IMG/VR virus record: IMGVR_UViG_2687453563_000005
Direction: 5' to 3' (one strand)
From: a virus
Taxonomy: Duplodnaviria; Heunggongvirae; Uroviricota; Caudoviricetes
DNA: 22,967 nucleotides
In this document: positions 18,373 to 22,967 of the stretch, piece after piece
How positions within the stretch are numbered: the stretch's first letter is position 1
How the letters are laid out: the number at the start of each line of letters is the position of its first letter
Program-made: the position numbers and the translations under genes
The notes under the pieces: model-generated
Seen by the model: only the letters and a program-made list of their open reading frames with translations
What the model was told of the DNA's origin: nothing
Databases searched by the model: none

Positions 18373-18909
18373 ATGTCATTTATTAAAACTTTTTCCGGGA
18401 AGCATTTTTATTATGACAGGATAAATAAAGACGACATCGTTATTAACGATATCGCGGTTTCTCTTTCAAATATCTGTCGCTTTGCAGGGCATCTTTCACA
18501 TTTCTACAGCGTTGCCCAACATGCGGTGCTTTGCAGCCAACTGGTACCGCAGGAATTTGCTTTTGAAGCGTTAATGCATGATGCAACAGAAGCGTATTGC
18601 CAGGACATCCCGGCGCCACTGAAACGCCTTCTTCCTGACTATAAACGGATGGAAGAAAAAATAGATGCAGTAATCCGTGAGAAATACGAGTTGCCCCCGG
18701 TTATGAGCACGCCCGTGAAATATGCCGATCTCATCATGCTGGCAACCGAACGCCGTGATCTCGGGCTTGATGATGGCTCTTTATGGCCTGTACTGGAAGG
18801 TATCCCGGCAACAGAGATGTTCAAAGTTATTCCACTGGCACCGGGCCATGCCTACGGGATGTTTATGGAACGCTTCAACGAGTTATCGGAATTACGCAAA
18901 TGTGCATAA
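18373..18909 (+). CDS. HD-domain phosphohydrolase (YfbR/YfdR-like 5'-deoxynucleotidase family), ~178 aa
   Basis: H...HD...D pattern (FAGHLSHFYSVAQHAV...ALMHDATEAY...D); GGAG Shine-Dalgarno before ATG at 18373. Confidence 0.7.
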   Translation: MSFIKTFSGKHFYYDRINKDDIVINDIAVSLSNICRFAGHLSHFYSVAQHAVLCSQLVPQEFAFEALMHDATEAYCQDIPAPLKRLLPDYKRMEEKIDAVIREKYELPPVMSTPVKYADLIMLATERRDLGLDDGSLWPVLEGIPATEMFKVIPLAPGHAYGMFMERFNELSELRKCA

Positions 18910-19778
18910 CTCATGTAGTTAGTTTTTCTGGCGGGAGAACATCCGCATATCTTGTTCACCTGATGGAAGAACAAAGAAAGGCTGGCAATAACGTCTGCTA
19001 CATCTTTATGGATACCGGTTGCGAACATCCGCTGACATACCGCTTTATCCGGGAGGTTGTGAAGTTCTGGGACATACCACTAACTGTGTTACAGGTCGAT
19101 ATAAATCCTGAGCTTGGGCAGCCAAATGGTTATACAGAATGGGAGCCAAAGGATATTCAGACACGAATGCCGGTGCTTAAACCGTTTATGGACATGGTTA
19201 AAAAGTACGGCACGCCATACATCGGCGGCGCGCTCTGTACTGATAGGCTAAAACTCATCCCTTTCACAAAATACTGCGATAACCATTTCGGGCGAGGTAA
19301 TTACATCACATGGCTGGGTATTCGTGCAGACGAACCCCGTAGGCTGAAACCGAAATCGGGCGTCCGGTATCTTGCCGAGCTGTCAGATTTTGATAAGTCG
19401 GATGTTATCCGGTGGTGGCGAAAACAACCTTTTGATTTGCAAATCCCGGAGCATCTCGGGAACTGTGTTTTCTGCATCAAAAAGTCAACGCAAAAGCTGG
19501 GGCTTGCATGTAAAGACGAACCAGGTCTGATGCGAGTTTTTAATGAGCTGGTTACAGGCAAACACGTCAGGGATGGTCATCGCAGAACAGGTAAAGACAT
19601 TATGTACCGTGGTCACCTGACGCTTGACGGAATTGCCAGAATGTCTGCCAACAGCGACTACAGAAATTTGTATCAGGCGATGGTACAGGCCAGGCGATTC
19701 GATACCGGCTCGTGTTCAGAGTCATGTGAAATCTGGGGTGATCAATTGGAATTGGAATTCAAAGAGGTAGGGGTATGA
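18900..19778 (+). CDS. PAPS-reductase-like PP-loop ATP pyrophosphatase family protein, ~292 aa
   Basis: PP-loop motif VVSFSGGRTSAY near N-terminus; ATG at 18900 overlaps the HD gene stop (ATGTGCATAA), indicating translational coupling. Confidence 0.75.
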   Translation: MCITHVVSFSGGRTSAYLVHLMEEQRKAGNNVCYIFMDTGCEHPLTYRFIREVVKFWDIPLTVLQVDINPELGQPNGYTEWEPKDIQTRMPVLKPFMDMVKKYGTPYIGGALCTDRLKLIPFTKYCDNHFGRGNYITWLGIRADEPRRLKPKSGVRYLAELSDFDKSDVIRWWRKQPFDLQIPEHLGNCVFCIKKSTQKLGLACKDEPGLMRVFNELVTGKHVRDGHRRTGKDIMYRGHLTLDGIARMSANSDYRNLYQAMVQARRFDTGSCSESCEIWGDQLELEFKEVGV

Positions 19779-20119
19779 CAACCGAAATTAACTACCATGC
19801 ACTGCTTGAGCGCGCACGGAATAAAGTGCAGAGCATTGAGTTCGCCTTAACACAGAGTGCATTCGCTGAGATTCGCGCTGAGCTTGAAAATGATTTAGAA
19901 CTGGCACGGATTGCACTGGCATCTCTGGAAGTTGAGCCAGATGAACGCGCAGCCTATGAATTATTTATGGAAAAGCGTTTCGGTAAAACAGTCGATCGTC
20001 GGAGAGCAAAAAACGGCGATAACGAATACATGGCATGGGATATGACTCTCGGTTGGATCGTCTGGCAGCAACGAGCTGGTATCCATTTTTCAACAATGTC
20101 ACAGCAAGAGGTGAAATAA
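19775..20119 (+). CDS. Hypothetical phage protein (114 aa)
   Basis: ATGA overlap with the upstream gene and TAATG overlap with xis; no motif recognised. Confidence 0.5.
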   Translation: MTTEINYHALLERARNKVQSIEFALTQSAFAEIRAELENDLELARIALASLEVEPDERAAYELFMEKRFGKTVDRRRAKNGDNEYMAWDMTLGWIVWQQRAGIHFSTMSQQEVK

Positions 20120-20469
20120 TGGAGCCATACAGCCTCACACTCGATGAGGCCTGTCATTTTCTCAAGATATCCAGACCGACTGCCATTAACTGGATACGCA
20201 CAGGGCGTCTTCAGGCAACACGCAAAGATCCCACTAAGAATAAATCTCCTTACCTCACAACACGACAAGCCTGCATTGCGGCTCTTCAGTCTCCGCTGCA
20301 TACTGTCCAGGTGAGCGCGGGTGATGGCATAACAGAGGAAAGAAAATGTCACTCTTCCGCAGAGGTGAAATATGGTACGCCAGTTTCACATTGCCGAACG
20401 GTAAAAGATTTAAACAGTCTCTTGGAACAAAGGACAAAAGGCAGGCGACAGAACTCCATGACAAGCTAA
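20119..20469 (+). CDS. xis: Excisionase (AlpA/Xis-family HTH), ~116 aa
   Basis: [34 protein letters not shown]; resembles P22 Xis as recalled; 3' end overlaps int in another frame. Confidence 0.75.
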   Translation: MEPYSLTLDEACHFLKISRPTAINWIRTGRLQATRKDPTKNKSPYLTTRQACIAALQSPLHTVQVSAGDGITEERKCHSSAEVKYGTPVSHCRTVKDLNSLLEQRTKGRRQNSMTS

Positions 20470-21509
20470 AGGCTGAAGCATGGCGGGTCAGCAAACTTGG
20501 TGAAATACCTGATATAACGTTCGAGGAAGCGTGTGTCAGGTGGCTTGAAGAGAAAGCACATAAAAAATCACTGGACGATGACAAAAGCCGGATCGGATTC
20601 TGGCTTCAACATTTCGCAGGAATGCAACTAAGAGACATTACTGAATCAAAAATTTATTCAGCAATGCAGAAAATGACGAACCGGCGTCATGAGGAAAACT
20701 GGAAACTCAGGGCAGAAGCATGCAGAAAAAAAGGGAAACCTGTTCCAGAATACACGCCAAAACCAGCGTCCGTTGCAACGAAGGCTACGCATCTTTCATT
20801 TATAAAGGCCCTACTAAGAGCCGCAGAGCGTGAATGGAAAATGCTGGATAAGGCACCAATTATTAAAGTGCCTCAACCAAAGAATAAACGGATCCGCTGG
20901 CTGGAGCCCCATGAAGCACAAAGGCTGATTGATGAATGTCCGGAGCCATTAAAGTCTGTTGTTGAATTTGCACTGGCAACAGGCTTAAGACGCTCGAACA
21001 TCATCAACCTTGAATGGCAACAAATAGATATGCAGCGCCGGGTGGCATGGATAAACCCAGAAGAGAGTAAATCAAACCGCGCAATCGGCGTTGCGCTGAA
21101 TGATACTGCATGTCGCGTTTTGAAAAAACAAATCGGGAATCATCACCGTTGGGTATTTGTGTACAAGGAAAGCTGTACCAAACCAGACGGAACGAAAGCG
21201 CCAACAGTAAGGAAGATGCGGTATGACGCAAACACAGCCTGGAAAGCGGCGCTGAGACGGGCTGGTATTGATGATTTCAGATTTCACGACTTGAGACACA
21301 CCTGGGCAAGTTGGCTGGTTCAAGCCGGAGTCCCGTTGTCAGTGTTACAGGAAATGGGAGGCTGGGAGTCTATCGAAATGGTTCGTCGATATGCTCACCT
21401 TGCACCTAATCACCTTACCGAACACGCACGGCAAATAGACTCGATCCTGAACCCATCGGTCCCAAATTTGTCCCAGTCAAAAAATAAGGAAGGTACTAAT
21501 GATGTGTAA
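20346..21509 (+). CDS. int: Tyrosine integrase, P22-Int-like (387 aa)
   Basis: N-terminus [48 protein letters not shown] and catalytic HDLRHTWAS...RRYAHL motifs; GAGGAA Shine-Dalgarno; next to thrW, the P22 attachment site. Confidence 0.9.
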   Translation: MSLFRRGEIWYASFTLPNGKRFKQSLGTKDKRQATELHDKLKAEAWRVSKLGEIPDITFEEACVRWLEEKAHKKSLDDDKSRIGFWLQHFAGMQLRDITESKIYSAMQKMTNRRHEENWKLRAEACRKKGKPVPEYTPKPASVATKATHLSFIKALLRAAEREWKMLDKAPIIKVPQPKNKRIRWLEPHEAQRLIDECPEPLKSVVEFALATGLRRSNIINLEWQQIDMQRRVAWINPEESKSNRAIGVALNDTACRVLKKQIGNHHRWVFVYKESCTKPDGTKAPTVRKMRYDANTAWKAALRRAGIDDFRFHDLRHTWASWLVQAGVPLSVLQEMGGWESIEMVRRYAHLAPNHLTEHARQIDSILNPSVPNLSQSKNKEGTNDV

Positions 21510-21523
21510 CTTATTGATTTAAA

Positions 21524-21569
21524 TGGTGCCGATAATAGGAGTCGAACCTACGACCTTCGCATTACGAAT
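21524..21569. other. Probable att core overlapping the 3' portion of thrW; extent approximate
   Basis: Integrase 3' end lies 15 bp from the tRNA 3' end; P22-type att cores overlap the tRNA 3' part by about 46 bp; partner copy not found in the window. Confidence 0.4.
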
Positions 21570-21599
21570 GCGCTGCTCTACCAACTGAGCTATATCGGC
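21524..21599 (-). tRNA. thrW: tRNA-Thr (anticodon CGT), thrW
   Basis: Reverse complement gccgatatagctcagttggtagagcagcgcattcgtaatgcgaaggtcgtaggttcgactcctattatcggcacca folds as a 76-nt cloverleaf with CGT anticodon and CCA end. Confidence 0.9.
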
Positions 21600-21713
21600 C
21601 CTGAAAGGACATGTTCACGAACGTGAATCACGGTGGACAAGGTTAAAACTAACCGGGCGATGCGTCAATGGCCTTGTGAATCAAATGGCTACTTTTGCAT
21701 CACCCGGTTTTAT

Positions 21714-22967
21714 TTACGCACGAATGGTGTAATCACCAATACCGATCCACTTGTAAGTGGTCAGTGCTTCCAGCCCCATTGGGCCACGCGCGTGGAGTTT
21801 TTGTGTGCTTACCGCCACTTCCGCACCTAGTCCAAACTGGCCGCCGTCGGTAAAACGCGTAGAGGCGTTAACGTAAACAGCGGACGAATCCACTTCGTTA
21901 ACAAAACGCTGGGCGTTGCGCATATCGCGGGTCAGGATCGCATCGGAGTGTTGTGTGCCGTGTTCACGAATATGGGCGATGGCATCGTCAAGATCACTGA
22001 CGATTTTGACGTTCAAATCTAATGACAGAAACTCATCGTCATACTCTTCCGCTTTAACAGCCACCACCTTCGCGGGGCCTGTCTGCAACTGCGCCAGCGC
22101 AGCTGCATCTGCGTGTAATGCCACGCCGCTTTCCTCCATTTGTTTGCTTAATGCGGGCAGGAAGCTATCGGCGATGTTTTTATTCACCAGCAACGTTTCT
22201 ACCGTATTACATGTGCTCGGACGCTGAGTTTTCGCGTTGACGATCACTTTTAATGCTTCAGCAATCTCTACACTTTCATCAACATAAATATGGCATACGC
22301 CTATACCACCTGTGATCACCGGGATCGTCGACTGTTCGCGGCACAGTTTATGCAAACCAGCGCCACCACGCGGGATCAGCATGTCGATGTATTTATCCAT
22401 ACGCAGCATTTCACTGACCAGCGCACGGTCAGGATTATCAATCGCCTGCACGGCACCCACCGGTAAGCCACAGGATTTCAGGGCGTCCTGAATCACCGCC
22501 ACCGTTGCCGCGTTAGTGCGACAGGTTTCTTTACCGCCACGCAGAATCACTGCGTTACCGGTTTTCAGGCACAGCGAAGCGACATCAACCGTCACGTTCG
22601 GGCGCGCTTCATAAATCACGCCAATAACCCCCAGCGGTACGCGACGACGCTCAAGACGCAGGCCGCTGTCCAGTACGCTGCCATCGATTACCTGCCCCAC
22701 CGGATCGGCGAGGTTACACACCTGGCGCACATCATCGGCAATGCCTTTCAGCCGTGCGGGCGTCAGTGCCAGACGGTCAAGCATCGCTTCGCCAAGGCCA
22801 TTGGCACGCGCGTCAGCAACATCCTGGGCGTTAGCGTTGAGGATGATTTCGCTTTGTGCTTCCAGTTCATCGGCGATTTTTTCCAGCACGCGATTTTTTT
22901 CGCGGCTGGAGAGTTGCGCTAATTTATACGAGGCTTGCTTCGCGGCAATGCCCATTTGTTCCAGCAT
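21714..22967 (-). CDS. proA: Gamma-glutamyl phosphate reductase ProA (417 aa, complete; start codon at window edge)
   Basis: Translation [50 protein letters not shown]... is near-identical to E. coli ProA as recalled. Confidence 0.95.
   Translation of the reverse strand: MLEQMGIAAKQASYKLAQLSSREKNRVLEKIADELEAQSEIILNANAQDVADARANGLGEAMLDRLALTPARLKGIADDVRQVCNLADPVGQVIDGSVLDSGLRLERRRVPLGVIGVIYEARPNVTVDVASLCLKTGNAVILRGGKETCRTNAATVAVIQDALKSCGLPVGAVQAIDNPDRALVSEMLRMDKYIDMLIPRGGAGLHKLCREQSTIPVITGGIGVCHIYVDESVEIAEALKVIVNAKTQRPSTCNTVETLLVNKNIADSFLPALSKQMEESGVALHADAAALAQLQTGPAKVVAVKAEEYDDEFLSLDLNVKIVSDLDDAIAHIREHGTQHSDAILTRDMRNAQRFVNEVDSSAVYVNASTRFTDGGQFGLGAEVAVSTQKLHARGPMGLEALTTYKWIGIGDYTIRA

Noticed and set aside
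19954-20584. Minus-strand ORFs 19954..20352 and 20255..20584
   Set aside because: Antisense to xis and int, both of which have strong family signatures.
21633-21830. 65-aa plus-strand ORF between thrW and proA
   Set aside because: Overlaps the proA 3' end on the other strand; no motif or start context.

Overview
The window reads as the right-hand end of an E. coli-type chromosome island: a degraded P22-like/lambdoid prophage integrated at tRNA-Thr (thrW) next to proA. From right to left it holds proA, thrW, a P22-type tyrosine integrase and Xis, an early-left operon (PAPS-reductase-like, HD-domain, YfdQ-like and YfdP-like genes), a cI/cro immunity switch, and a tightly coupled minus-strand operon (CII/YdaT-like, Dam methylase, LexA-DBD-only protein, RusA, KilA-N, HNH-motif protein, antiterminator Q). 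The lysis and morphogenesis modules are missing. In their place sit an AT-rich KAP-family P-loop NTPase gene, an in-frame methyltransferase::tail-protein-I fusion, and a mosaic J/Stf-like tail fibre with a C-terminal S74-type chaperone domain. Further left are a GIY-YIG protein, a degenerate tRNA-Ser 3' fragment (att relic), an intact IS1 with target-site duplication, and an AT-rich AppY-like AraC regulator. The strongest candidates for something new are the KAP NTPase island, the LexA-DBD-only protein, the coiled-coil/zinc-ribbon gene beside cI, and the HD + PAPS-reductase-like pair. All homology calls are from reading the translations and recalled family signatures; no database search was run.
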